A stretch of 64,000 nt of DNA, from positions 1 through 64,000 of the IMG/VR virus record IMGVR_UViG_3300033074_000450; one strand, written 5' to 3'. The notes below the pieces were generated by a model. The model was given only the letters and a program-made list of their open reading frames with translations, was not told where the DNA came from and searched no databases. Positions 1 through 9,067 of this stretch are shown piece by piece. Source of the stretch: a virus (taxonomy: Duplodnaviria; Heunggongvirae; Uroviricota; Caudoviricetes). Positions within the stretch are counted from its first letter, which is position 1, and every line of letters starts with the position of its first letter. Position numbers and translations under genes: made by a program.

Positions 1-1778
1 TAACTGGAAGTAACATAATTTCAAATAGACAATATGCGTCTAATATGATTGTTCCTTTAGCTACGAATCTTTCTCTCGGAAACCACACTATCAAAATTCG
101 TCAAAACTCTGGCTCTACTAACTTTCGTATTTTTGGTTTTGAAGTATTAAATGAGTCTACCCAAATCAAAATTCCTCAAGGGGAGATTTTTGCTAACGGA
201 TTGAAATTCTCTAACTCTACTCTTCAGTCTATCTCTTATAATACTGGTTTTGACGGTAATCCTGTTCTTAACGGTAGAGGTGGAAGGGTAGTTGAGTATA
301 TTAAATCTAATGGATTACTCGGTAAAGTAATTCAACAAACAAATTCTTCAGCGGCTTATTTAGCTTCTGCTGACCATTCAAATGAAGAAGTGCTCCGTAA
401 AATAAATTTTAGAGAATTTGGAGCAAATAGGTCAGATGATTTTAGTACTCAAACAGCAGGTCTAGATGATAATGCTTTTACTCTAGATGATGGTTCCACT
501 ACCTTAGTAGGAAATCAAGTAAATGTGGCTTCTGGCTCTACGGGAGTATGGCCTGGAACCACAAATGGTTCCTTGATTCTCACTTTTTATGGAACTGGTA
601 TTGATATTATTAGAAGCGACACTACTGGAACTATTGATTCTCATGATTTCTATATTGATGGTACAGTGATTGGAAATATAACAGGTGGAACAGGTAGTAA
701 TACTGAGAGAGTACAAAAGATTGCATCAGGATTATCTTTAGGTTTTCATATTTTAAGAATTGTACGAGTAGCCGCTGTATCTGCTGCTATTGGAGTAGCT
801 GACTTTATTACCTATGGTCCTAAAAGACCTAGCATTCCTTCTGATGCTACTGAATTAAATGAGTACTATCTGAATGCAAATTACAGTAGCTCTGGAGTCT
901 CTACCACTACAACTCTTGGAAACTTGCAAATTCCTCAAGGAACAGTAACAAAATACAGTGCCAGAGAATTTCGTTATACAGGTTCCTATTCTTATTCTGG
1001 AGTAGCTGGAGTAAGTGGTTATATTCCGCATTACCCAAATACTGCTACGAATTCCGATTACTTTGAATATACTTTCTGGGGAACTGGATTTGTGGCTTGG
1101 TTTGCTGGTTCTGGAGCTGGTACTTCTTCCATGACAATAACTGTAAATGGAGTTTTAAATGCTTCTGGGGTAGCTCTACAGAACATGTCGAATGCTGGAG
1201 GGGGTACTTACAATATAACTACTGCGACAATCAATGCTCCTTGTAGAGTAGAGTTTACTGGTTTATCGTTAGCTAAACATACCGTAAGATTTACTAAAAC
1301 GGCTGGAGCTGGTAACATGAATCCAGTTGGGTTACATATTATTACCCCAATTCACTACCCAAATACTAAACTCGGCTCTCTTTCAATGGGACCAGCAGTT
1401 CAACTTAAATCTTCCGAAGATGTTTCTGGAGTTGATTTGAGTAAGGCTAAAGCATGGATAAGATTTAATAGAACCACTGGATATGTTGAAGCCTCATATA
1501 ATGTTGCAGGAGTATTAACGTCCAGTTCAAAATTCCACATTTTGTGGGAGAAACCTTTTAAAAATAATAAATATGTAATTACTGGAATTGGTGCTAATTA
1601 TGCCAATGGAGCTGGTCAAGGAACTTTTATATCATTAGATGAAACTGACCCAACGGGTGGAATCAGTGCTGACAAAGTTGTAATAGCTTACAGGGACACG
1701 GCTGGAAACTTGAGTGCTTCGGGAAGTTATATTACCGTAATTGCTTTTGGAGAATTAGCTGAAGAGGAGTCTGAGTAA
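1..1778 (+). CDS. Fibre-like structural protein, probably a tail fibre or receptor-binding protein; the ORF is open to the window start, so it may be 5'-partial (first in-window ATG at 45)
   Basis: 577 aa in-window product is G/S/T/N-rich with beta-rich repeats typical of phage fibres. There is no in-frame stop between position 1 and the ATG at 45. It sits directly upstream of the endolysin. Confidence 0.4.
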   Translation, partial: TGSNIISNRQYASNMIVPLATNLSLGNHTIKIRQNSGSTNFRIFGFEVLNESTQIKIPQGEIFANGLKFSNSTLQSISYNTGFDGNPVLNGRGGRVVEYIKSNGLLGKVIQQTNSSAAYLASADHSNEEVLRKINFREFGANRSDDFSTQTAGLDDNAFTLDDGSTTLVGNQVNVASGSTGVWPGTTNGSLILTFYGTGIDIIRSDTTGTIDSHDFYIDGTVIGNITGGTGSNTERVQKIASGLSLGFHILRIVRVAAVSAAIGVADFITYGPKRPSIPSDATELNEYYLNANYSSSGVSTTTTLGNLQIPQGTVTKYSAREFRYTGSYSYSGVAGVSGYIPHYPNTATNSDYFEYTFWGTGFVAWFAGSGAGTSSMTITVNGVLNASGVALQNMSNAGGGTYNITTATINAPCRVEFTGLSLAKHTVRFTKTAGAGNMNPVGLHIITPIHYPNTKLGSLSMGPAVQLKSSEDVSGVDLSKAKAWIRFNRTTGYVEASYNVAGVLTSSSKFHILWEKPFKNNKYVITGIGANYANGAGQGTFISLDETDPTGGISADKVVIAYRDTAGNLSASGSYITVIAFGELAEEESE

Positions 1779-2119
1779 TGAAAAAATTAGTTAAAGATTC
1801 TGAGAATAATGTAATGGAACTAATTTCCGTGAACGGCCTTATTCCCTCTGGTTTTACTTTAGTTCCAGAAGAGGAACTTGAAGCTGAAGAACTTTCTTTG
1901 GCTCGTAAAGACCGTCTTGCAGCTATTAGAGCTGAACGAAACCAAAAACTTCGAGAAAACGATACCCAGTGGCTCATTGCTTCTAAAACAGGTCAATCCC
2001 TCACCGCTATCGAAACAGAAGCTCAAAATCTGCGAGATATTCCAGAATTAGCCGAAGATGAGTTAGCCCTTCTTACAGACCTAGAAGCTATTAAAGCCTA
2101 CAATCCTTTCGGAGCTTAA
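1778..2119 (+). CDS. Hypothetical acidic protein, possibly a fibre assembly or chaperone protein
   Basis: Its ATG overlaps the stop of the fibre gene (TAATG); 113 aa, acidic. Confidence 0.3.
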   Translation: MKKLVKDSENNVMELISVNGLIPSGFTLVPEEELEAEELSLARKDRLAAIRAERNQKLRENDTQWLIASKTGQSLTAIETEAQNLRDIPELAEDELALLTDLEAIKAYNPFGA

Positions 2120-2120
2120 T

Positions 2121-2537
2121 ATGATTTCCCTAAAAGAACTTTTAAAGGGAGCAGATTTCTCAAAACTCCCAAAAGAGCATCAAGATAATTTAATGGTTCT
2201 TTTAGAACGCATAAACAAAGTTAGAGCTGCTTGGGGTAAACCCATGTTTGTTACTTCCCCTTACAGAACTAAAGAAGACCACATAAGAATCTATAAAGAG
2301 CTTGCCGTTAAACGAAAACAGATTTTCGATGAGAAAAAAATTCCTTGGGGTTCTAAACATTTAATTGGAGCCGCTGTAGACATATCAGACCCAGATGGAA
2401 AATTATTTGAGTGGACGAAAAATAATGAGCCGCTATTAGAACAAATAGGATTGTGGATGGAAGAGAAAGATGACCAAAAAAGAGTTCATTTTCAAATCTT
2501 TGCTCCAAAGTCAGGAAACCGCTGGTTTATTCCTTAA
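2121..2537 (+). CDS. Peptidase M15 family endolysin (L-alanyl-D-glutamate peptidase / VanY-like)
   Basis: SPYRT...H(x6)G-AAVDI...VHF motifs match the M15 SxYRxxxxH / HxxGxAxD zinc-binding signature. Confidence 0.7.
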   Translation: MISLKELLKGADFSKLPKEHQDNLMVLLERINKVRAAWGKPMFVTSPYRTKEDHIRIYKELAVKRKQIFDEKKIPWGSKHLIGAAVDISDPDGKLFEWTKNNEPLLEQIGLWMEEKDDQKRVHFQIFAPKSGNRWFIP

Positions 2538-2542
2538 GAATT

Positions 2543-2782
2543 TTATTCGTCATGTGAGTCCTCGATACTTACATACTCACCGCTAAAAGATTTATCAACC
2601 CATAAGCCCTTACTTTTATAAGGCTTATTGATATCAATGAACCAAATTTTTTTCTTCTTAACTTCATCGTCGAGTTGTAGAAGCCAATTTGCAAAATCTT
2701 CTACAGTCATCTCGAAGTTATCATTGTTCTCCTGGCTCACGGGTTCTCCCATCTCTACAAGGGAAAGTACATTGTACTTCAA
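2543..2782 (-). CDS. Hypothetical protein
   Basis: ORF in the minus-strand early block. Confidence 0.3.
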   Translation of the reverse strand: MKYNVLSLVEMGEPVSQENNDNFEMTVEDFANWLLQLDDEVKKKKIWFIDINKPYKSKGLWVDKSFSGEYVSIEDSHDE

Positions 2783-2918
2783 CTTTTCCCTCTAGTATGG
2801 CTGTATTGTAACCAGAAACATATCCTACATCATGACCTACGTTCCATGCTAGGAACCAAGCCGTGACATGCATGGCTACTGCGATTAAAATTAAATAGAA
2901 TCCTCGAAGTTTTGTCAT
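2721..2918 (-). CDS. Small membrane protein (holin-like candidate)
   Basis: 65 aa with hydrophobic TM segments (FYLILIAVAMHVTAWFLAW). Confidence 0.3.
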   Translation of the reverse strand: MTKLRGFYLILIAVAMHVTAWFLAWNVGHDVGYVSGYNTAILEGKVEVQCTFPCRDGRTREPGEQ

Positions 2919-3121
2919 TGTACAACCAACTGGCTTGGAGCTGGACGGTAGTTCAACTCATTCCAATTAGCTGCTGCATCTCGTGAATCAATAAGATTCT
3001 GAGTTAGGGGCAAAAAATTAGGGTCATAAATACCCTGCTTGTTCAGTTCAAAAATGGCTTTTTCAATGATTTCAAAATTTGAATCATTAAATGCTTGGTC
3101 AACCGTTAAAATTTTACTCAT
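2915..3121 (-). CDS. Hypothetical protein
   Basis: 68 aa ORF whose ends overlap neighbouring ORFs in operon style. Confidence 0.3.
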   Translation of the reverse strand: MSKILTVDQAFNDSNFEIIEKAIFELNKQGIYDPNFLPLTQNLIDSRDAAANWNELNYRPAPSQLVVQ

Positions 3122-3449
3122 TGTCTGCCTCCTCGACTACTACAGGTTTTTCGAGTCCTACGACTCCTTCATAGAATCCATCATACTCCATTAAGTACTT
3201 TTCGTCAATAACCCAATAACGCTTTCTTTTAGGTCTGAATAGTCTCCAGTAATCTTGACCAATCATCACAATAGTAGCGGTCCACACAATGCCTCCGAAG
3301 ATTAAAGTCGGAAGGGGATTAAACCTAGCGTACAGTTCCAGCATGGTCATGTAGTGTAAGAATGTGGTCATTGTTCCTGGACTGATTACCAGAAGAACTA
3401 ACATACTAAGCATCATCAAATAAGCTCTTAAACCACTCATTCTGCCCAT
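3114..3449 (-). CDS. Membrane protein
   Basis: Two or three hydrophobic helices ([15 protein letters not shown]; [15 protein letters not shown]). Confidence 0.35.
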   Translation of the reverse strand: MGRMSGLRAYLMMLSMLVLLVISPGTMTTFLHYMTMLELYARFNPLPTLIFGGIVWTATIVMIGQDYWRLFRPKRKRYWVIDEKYLMEYDGFYEGVVGLEKPVVVEEADNE

Positions 3450-4144
3450 CCCATAGCTTTGGCTAAGGTAGGGAACTTCTTAATGAGTTCTTCCCCAATA
3501 GCATTGGCTATATCTCTATGTTCTTTTTGTGTTCCTGCTTCCGTTCTAACTTGAAGATAATGAATCCAAGAGCGAAGTGAGCCCTTCATATAAATCTTCG
3601 TTTTTACCCCTAAAGGTAAAAGGAATCTTGCTTGTTCCTTCGCTATACCAAGCTTTAAAGCTGCTTCGTAAGCGGTCATAGCCTGTTCTTGGATGTACTC
3701 TTGTTGGTCTTGGAACCAGTCCTTGGTTTCTTCATCCATATCATCCAGGGAGTTTTGTCTGTTCTTCGCATCCTGTCTACGAGCTTCATAGATTTCAAAA
3801 CCCATATTAGCTTTAGCGTATCTCTGACTGAATTCTTGAAAACAAAAACTTCTATGTCTTAAAATTTGTTGAGCTATAGCCCTAGATGTAACAATTTCAA
3901 AAGTAACGTCTACTTGCTCAAAAACAGACCAATGTCCGTGTTTAGCACAGTATTCCAGTAATTTAGAGTATTCGGGGTTAGTTTGATTGGGACTGGAAAC
4001 TCTTGCCACATAAACCATTAGACCTTCTGGTTTTTGTACTGCTTTGAAGAATTCATCGAAACCATCTTCTCCAGAATGCTCTTTTAGGAGATGTTGAAGA
4101 TAATCTGGGTCTATTTCTGTTTTTGCTACAAGTCGTACTTCCAT
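3437..4144 (-). CDS. thyX: Flavin-dependent thymidylate synthase ThyX
   Basis: ThyX signature [14 protein letters not shown] (RHR-x7-S); size 235 aa. Confidence 0.8.
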   Translation of the reverse strand: MEVRLVAKTEIDPDYLQHLLKEHSGEDGFDEFFKAVQKPEGLMVYVARVSSPNQTNPEYSKLLEYCAKHGHWSVFEQVDVTFEIVTSRAIAQQILRHRSFCFQEFSQRYAKANMGFEIYEARRQDAKNRQNSLDDMDEETKDWFQDQQEYIQEQAMTAYEAALKLGIAKEQARFLLPLGVKTKIYMKGSLRSWIHYLQVRTEAGTQKEHRDIANAIGEELIKKFPTLAKAMGWAE

Positions 4145-4329
4145 TATGGCCTCCCAGCAGCTCTAGCTTGCAGATATTTTTCAATGGCAATGACTCTAAA
4201 CATTTTATAAGTCATTCCATCTGGAATCAAGTTTTCTCGGTCAAGAATCGTAAAAAGAATTGGAAGCTCATTCACAATTCTCCAATTAGGAATACTCGGA
4301 TACCCAATCTTCTTCAAATGATTCATCAT
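4144..4329 (-). CDS. Small hypothetical protein; start trimmed to the internal ATG-ATG
   Basis: The ORF as given (4144..4491) overlaps the 4349..4573 gene in another frame. Internal Met-Met at 4329 gives a non-overlapping 61-aa product. Start uncertain. Confidence 0.25.
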   Translation of the reverse strand: MMNHLKKIGYPSIPNWRIVNELPILFTILDRENLIPDGMTYKMFRVIAIEKYLQARAAGRP

Positions 4330-4348
4330 CACGCTTTTAATGGCTATT

Positions 4349-4573
4349 TTATCTAACTTTCGCACTGGAATCCTTAGTGACTCGGATTCCTCCCGTAAGG
4401 GCATTACCAAGCATTGAAAGGGTAAAAGCCTGAAGCCAAGTGATTGGTCCAACTCCTGGGAAAATCTCAGCGATTGAGTATGCCCATGCAATCTTAATCA
4501 CGAGACCCGAAATGAAAATTGATAGTGCTATAAGAGTCAAAAAACCCATAATAGCCGCAAGTACTTTACCCAT
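4349..4573 (-). CDS. Small membrane protein
   Basis: Two TM helices and an AGGAG-like RBS upstream. Confidence 0.4.
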   Translation of the reverse strand: MGKVLAAIMGFLTLIALSIFISGLVIKIAWAYSIAEIFPGVGPITWLQAFTLSMLGNALTGGIRVTKDSSAKVR

Positions 4574-4582
4574 GTTTTTCTC

Positions 4583-5011
4583 CTAATGAAAGGTTATCTT
4601 TCCTTTTTTCTCTAACTGCTTAATTTCCCAGTCCTCTTGAGCTTTATGTCTCTCTTGCTGTGCAAAAGCCTGGAAATACTTGTTCTGACGGTCCTGCTCT
4701 AACATCATTTGAGCATCAATTCCCGTATAAGTCAAACCTTTAGTATCCTGGTAGTAAATATTGAAGAGTTCAAGCTTTGGATAGGCTTCTTTGGCTATAT
4801 TGTAGATTTGGATAGCATCTGTGGGAACAAGGTCCACATGGAATGCGATTCCAATTCTATCGTCTGCATCATGGCAGATAAGTCTGGCTATCTCGGTTTT
4901 TGGATTGGGAATGATTAGGCCAGTAACTAACTCATGAAGTTTATCTTCGTGAAAACCGAATTTCTTACATAGAACCTCTAAGAGGTGATTGTACGTTTCC
5001 TTGGTTGTCAT
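4583..5011 (-). CDS. Hypothetical protein
   Basis: Start moved to Met17 (MTTKETYNH), which has a perfect AGGAGG RBS 7 nt upstream. Confidence 0.4.
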   Translation of the reverse strand: MTTKETYNHLLEVLCKKFGFHEDKLHELVTGLIIPNPKTEIARLICHDADDRIGIAFHVDLVPTDAIQIYNIAKEAYPKLELFNIYYQDTKGLTYTGIDAQMMLEQDRQNKYFQAFAQQERHKAQEDWEIKQLEKKGKITFH

Positions 5012-5094
5012 AAAACCTCCTAGAATTGATAAAAGAGGGAGCTTGGAGCACTGAGCCAACTCAGCTACAAGTCATCCCTCCAAGTCCCTGAATA

Positions 5095-6330
5095 TTACTC
5101 TTCGTCAGAAGAAGATTTACTATTTCGAGCAGGACGGTCTTTTGCGAGTTTGTCATTGATTCGCATGAAAGATTCCAAACCTACTGCTGTAAAGGGGTCT
5201 GTAGCTCCAGCTTTACCATCTCCTCCCATAACCATCATTGATGGAAATTGGACTTGAGAAAGTTTCTCAGCTACTCCGATTGCAGTTTTCATCTGGTACT
5301 CAGCTCGTTCTTGAGGAGTCAAACCAGCAGAAACTTTCAAACGATTAGCTTCAGCTTCAGCACGACCTCGTGTAAGAGCTGCTTCAGATTCTTCTTTAGC
5401 CTTAAGCTTTTCTTGAACAGCAACAGCAGTTTCTCGTTCAGCGTTGATTACGGCTGTTTTCTTTTCAACTAGAGCGTCAGCTTCGGCTTTAGCTACACGA
5501 GCTTTACCTTCTTCAGATGCGGTGATAGCATCTTGCTTTGCTCGTTCAGCTTTTGCACGAGCAACGATTTTCTCTTGCTCTGCTTCTTTTTTCTTAACGA
5601 TAATAGCTTGGGTTTTATCATCAAAGTCGAAATCTTTGATTACAAAGTTGATAACGTCAACATTGTAACGGTTCAAAGGGGACTTTTTGCTGATAAGCTT
5701 TTTGCCATCTTTATCTGTACGAAGCTTAATCACAGTGTCCACATAGACGTTGCCATCTGTGTCTTTTTCTGTAACTTGCTCAGAAAGAGTCTCATAAATA
5801 CCTACTCGAATTTGTTCTTCTGCAAGACTTGTAAATTCTGCAAGTCGGCTAGAGTACGACTCTTCAGCTTTCATTGTGGCAGCAGTCTTATTCAGAGCTT
5901 CTTGAACCACTTGACGAATCAAGTCATTCTTAACAGCTTGATAAGATTTGAAATCTTTGTGCAAAGCAAGTTGGTCATCTTCCTTGGTAGAAAGACGGAA
6001 CTTGATAGCTCCAGAAATCAAAGCTTGACCTCCATCATTAAAGCGAACGGAAATAGGGTCTGCTCCCAAACCTTCTCCGTCACCTTCATGCTTAGAGAAG
6101 TAGTACATATCAGAAACCTGATAAGTAGTGATGGTACTGAACATCTGTCCATAAGTACCTGGAGTGTTACGAACAGTCATGTCTCCAGTAATAGCTGCTT
6201 GCTTTACTTGGTAATAACCTTCGTTGTTTGTTTCTAGGATTTGACCCCCTAGAGAAAGGGTGAGGATAAGAGCCGCAACAGCTCCTACCAAAATGCCCAC
6301 TTTTTTAGGGCTGATTCGTGCGTTTTCCAT
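5095..6330 (-). CDS. SPFH / band-7 domain membrane protein (flotillin / HflK / prohibitin-like)
   Basis: N-terminal TM helix (VGILVGAVAALILTLSL), a long SPFH-like core, and an Ala/Glu/Lys-rich coiled coil (EAEQEKIVARAKAERAKQDAITASEEGKARVAKAEADALVEKK). AAGGAGG RBS. Confidence 0.7.
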   Translation of the reverse strand: MENARISPKKVGILVGAVAALILTLSLGGQILETNNEGYYQVKQAAITGDMTVRNTPGTYGQMFSTITTYQVSDMYYFSKHEGDGEGLGADPISVRFNDGGQALISGAIKFRLSTKEDDQLALHKDFKSYQAVKNDLIRQVVQEALNKTAATMKAEESYSSRLAEFTSLAEEQIRVGIYETLSEQVTEKDTDGNVYVDTVIKLRTDKDGKKLISKKSPLNRYNVDVINFVIKDFDFDDKTQAIIVKKKEAEQEKIVARAKAERAKQDAITASEEGKARVAKAEADALVEKKTAVINAERETAVAVQEKLKAKEESEAALTRGRAEAEANRLKVSAGLTPQERAEYQMKTAIGVAEKLSQVQFPSMMVMGGDGKAGATDPFTAVGLESFMRINDKLAKDRPARNSKSSSDEE

Positions 6331-6342
6331 GTCTAGACCTCC

Positions 6343-6585
6343 TTAAAAGTCTTGGTTTTTGAACTGTTTTACTTTCTTACTCTTATTTGAGAGGTCCTTG
6401 TGATTCCTCTCAAAACTTTTTACTGTTACAAAATTCTCTTCTATTTCTTGAGCTTTGTCAAGCTGCTCAGTAATAGAAGCTTTTTTCCAGGCTTTATAGG
6501 CCCAAGTTAAAATACCAGTAACCACTAACAAGTGAAATACCAGCAATAGAATCGTTCCCATTATTTTGCTCCTTTCTTTACCCAA
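6343..6585 (-). CDS. Small single-pass membrane protein
   Basis: 80 aa with TM helix ILLLVFHLLVVTGILTW; lies between the cytochrome-c-like gene and the SPFH gene in the same operon. Confidence 0.4.
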   Translation of the reverse strand: MGKERSKIMGTILLLVFHLLVVTGILTWAYKAWKKASITEQLDKAQEIEENFVTVKSFERNHKDLSNKSKKVKQFKNQDF

Positions 6586-6830
6586 TCAATTATTTTCTGA
6601 CGCTCTTCCTCAGTCATTTTTGTAAAATTTCCAGGAGGCATCGTTTTGTTCTCCAATCTCAATTTAATCTTCTGAGCATCACGTTTAGCTTTATTTTCAT
6701 CAAGCCAGTTCTTCTCAGGCCAGTTAGTGTTATGGCACTGAGCACAATGTTTTTGAAACAGAGGTTTCACATCTTTATATGTGGGCTCTGAACCAGTAAT
6801 TATTACAAATGTAAATAGCTCTATAAACAT
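6561..6830 (-). CDS. Signal-anchored cytochrome-c-like (CXXCH) domain protein, resembling the planctomycete PSCyt1 domain
   Basis: CAQCH haem-binding motif, MPP motif and a W-x3-G-A-K C-terminus. Start trimmed to the internal Met that has an AGGAGG RBS. Paralog at 41450..41752. Confidence 0.55.
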   Translation of the reverse strand: MFIELFTFVIITGSEPTYKDVKPLFQKHCAQCHNTNWPEKNWLDENKAKRDAQKIKLRLENKTMPPGNFTKMTEEERQKIIDWVKKGAK

Positions 6831-6840
6831 AATTCCTCCT

Positions 6841-6880
6841 AAAAACGCTCCCGTTATGAATTCCGTCATAACTTTAACGG
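6841..6880 (-). terminator. Rho-independent terminator-like hairpin plus T5 on the minus strand, immediately upstream of the cytochrome-c-like gene RBS
   Basis: Minus-strand read: CCGTTAAAGTTATGACGGAATTCATAACGGGAGCGTTTTT, with a TTATGA/TCATAA stem. Confidence 0.35.
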
Positions 6881-7186
6881 ACTAGCCGTCCGAATCCTTG
6901 TCTCCCAGAGTTACTCTTAGGCTATTACCTAAGAGACAATCATTGGGTCTTGAGCCCAACTCCCGTCGTTACTAAACCTCGATTAACGAGAAGGAATCGC
7001 ACCTTCATTTTTCTTATAGCAAAATCAAAAAACACTTTTGAAGTAGAAGTGGGAAACTACCGAACTCCCTAACTACGCTTTGTCGGTTCGTGTGCTTCTT
7101 TCCATTGCTACCCTTGGACTTATTTGGGTAAGCTCATCGTAGCAGCACGAGAATAGGCTACCAAATACTTTTTACAAAGTCAAAAC
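6881..7186 (-). ncRNA. Candidate structured non-coding RNA region
   Basis: 356-bp gap (6831..7186) with no ORF over 12 aa. Several strong hairpins (CTCTTAGG-ctatta-CCTAAGAG; TCGTTA..TAACGA; GTAGC..GCTAC). It ends in the terminator above. Confidence 0.25.
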
Positions 7187-8689
7187 TTATTTTTCGATTA
7201 TCTTGGCAGCAAATACACGCTTATAAATTGATTTTCTCGCTTTGAGATGCTTTTCCATATATTTAGTGTCCACAAATCTAAAGTCGTGGAGTATGCCTTT
7301 TAATTTGCCTTCATAAAGCCGTACAAGCCTTCCAGTCGCTTGGACTATGGCAATCTCAGACTTGCCTCCCTGAGCCATAATGAGATGGTCTGAGGACGTT
7401 ATATCAATCCCCTCACCGATTACTGTGGAGCCTATTAGGATGCGAATTTCTTTCTTATTGAACGCTTCTAGAGCTTCGTCAATGGTTTCCTTATCATCGT
7501 CTCCAGAAATATATGTGTTTTCAAAACCAAGCTCGTCTAAGAACTCATGGATTACCTTACCAGCTTGGTCTTTACGATTGACAAGAATCAAAACTTGCTC
7601 ATTCTTTTTTACATAGTCTGTAAGAATTTCCTTAATCTTACTTAGTAACTCCACTCCTCCGCAATAGTTCTTCTTATACTCACGCTGGTAATTCTTGGTT
7701 CCAATCCCCTGGAGCGTATGTATAATTACTTCAATCGGAGTGAGGTAGCCTTCTTCAATGGCTTTGAATGCAGGATAGTTGTAAAGTCGATTTGAGAGAA
7801 ATCCCCACATGTCTAAGGTCTTCTCATCGTTCCTTAAAAAGGTTCCTGTGAAGCCGAATCTGTAGTAAACATGCTCTAGAGCTGGGAGCAGGTCCGTGTA
7901 ACTTTTACTTCCAGCATGATGAATCTCATCAATGAAGATAGCATCAATGTCCCCGAAGTATTCTTCAATAGCTTTCTTTTTATTTAGAGAAGCCATCGAC
8001 TGAATGTTAATGAGTCTGATTGGTATTTTTTTCAATTTCCTCATTTTAGACGCTGAAAGCTTTTTAGAATCCACTACAATCACATTGCGTCTTCCGAAGT
8101 GTTTAATCAAAGCCTTCTTAAGCTGATTCATTAGAGGTTTTGAAGGAACTACAATTAAGCTCTTAACTCCGAAATGTTCTAAGAGTCTCATCAGAATCAA
8201 ACTCTTGCCACTACCTACCGCTGATTCAAAAACGCCTCGCCCAGTATTAACGCCTTGTTCATGCATTTCATCCTGATAATATCGTGGTTTATGGAATTCT
8301 TCACAGAGTACAAAATCAAATTTCTTATCTGGCACTACCCTATGGTCAATAGTTTTGTATTTTGGATAAACTACTTCCAGAACATCCTTGACGATGTTCA
8401 AATGCCCTGTTGGAAAAGTATCCCCTTTTAACCATTTTACAAATTCATTGGCTTCTAGTTCTTTAATCTGCTTAGAAATCCATCCACACATTTGTCTGGC
8501 TTTTCGAGCCGTGACCTGACTTTTAGATTTTTTCTTACCATCCCAGAACTTCATTTTTTTAAACAGGGACGCTTTTTCAGCTTCAATATCTCGTTGATAA
8601 GTCAGAATCTCATCAACGCTATCCATCACTTCTTGGGGGAAGTGCTGAAGTTTGCAAAAAGAATTTCGGATGACCAAAGTGCTTTTCAA
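7187..8689 (-). CDS. Superfamily 2 DEAD/DEAH-box DNA helicase
   Basis: Walker A AVGSGKS, DEIH box, and motif VI QATGRLVR. Confidence 0.75.
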   Translation of the reverse strand: MKSTLVIRNSFCKLQHFPQEVMDSVDEILTYQRDIEAEKASLFKKMKFWDGKKKSKSQVTARKARQMCGWISKQIKELEANEFVKWLKGDTFPTGHLNIVKDVLEVVYPKYKTIDHRVVPDKKFDFVLCEEFHKPRYYQDEMHEQGVNTGRGVFESAVGSGKSLILMRLLEHFGVKSLIVVPSKPLMNQLKKALIKHFGRRNVIVVDSKKLSASKMRKLKKIPIRLINIQSMASLNKKKAIEEYFGDIDAIFIDEIHHAGSKSYTDLLPALEHVYYRFGFTGTFLRNDEKTLDMWGFLSNRLYNYPAFKAIEEGYLTPIEVIIHTLQGIGTKNYQREYKKNYCGGVELLSKIKEILTDYVKKNEQVLILVNRKDQAGKVIHEFLDELGFENTYISGDDDKETIDEALEAFNKKEIRILIGSTVIGEGIDITSSDHLIMAQGGKSEIAIVQATGRLVRLYEGKLKGILHDFRFVDTKYMEKHLKARKSIYKRVFAAKIIEK

Positions 8690-8750
8690 AACAAAATCCT
8701 CTCGGCTAATAATATCAAGCGTTATATGAGGAATAACCTTATATTAAAAG

Positions 8751-8827
8751 TATTATCCTTGTATTATTAAGAGAAGTATCATATTATAAGGATTAAGTAA
8801 ATATTAAATATAATCCTTGTATTATTA
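8751..8827. promoter_or_regulatory. Operator-like repeat array in the divergent intergenic region between the helicase gene (-) and GroEL (+)
   Basis: Direct repeat ATCCTTGTATTATTA at 8755..8769 and 8813..8827. An inverted copy ATAAGGATTAAG lies between them at 8786..8797. Region is AT-rich. Confidence 0.45.
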
Positions 8828-8938
8828 CGCTTCATATTAGTGAATTCTATCATGAAAATTTTACTCTGTCAATAGGAATTCTTTACAAACGAACTAAGAT
8901 GTGGTAGCTGGGGATTAAAAGAGTTGTTTCGCTTTTTT

Positions 8939-8972
8939 CTTGACCCACATTTTTATTTTTGATAGTCTTTGA
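8939..8972 (+). promoter_or_regulatory. Candidate sigma70-type promoter for the GroEL / plus-strand block
   Basis: TTGACC - 17 nt - TAGTCT preceded by a TG. Two GA(G/T)AGCCGCTG(C/T) repeats follow at about 8973 and 9012. Confidence 0.3.
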
Positions 8973-9067
8973 GAGCCGCTGCTACGCTGAGATGCGTCGA
9001 GAGGGATTAGGATAGCCGCTGTATAGCAAGTGATTCCGTGAATCCTGGTTTTTATTCAGGAGATTTC

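Noticed and set aside
5533-6237. 234-aa plus-strand ORF
   Set aside because: Antisense to the SPFH gene. Low-complexity F/L/S-rich translation typical of the reverse frame of a K/E/A-rich gene.
8690-9067. Looked for a CIRCE element (TTAGCACTC-N9-GAGTGCTAA) or a sigma32 promoter ahead of groEL
   Set aside because: Neither is present. CTTGACC is followed immediately by CCCACATTT without the required spacing. The regulation appears to use the phage-specific repeats instead.
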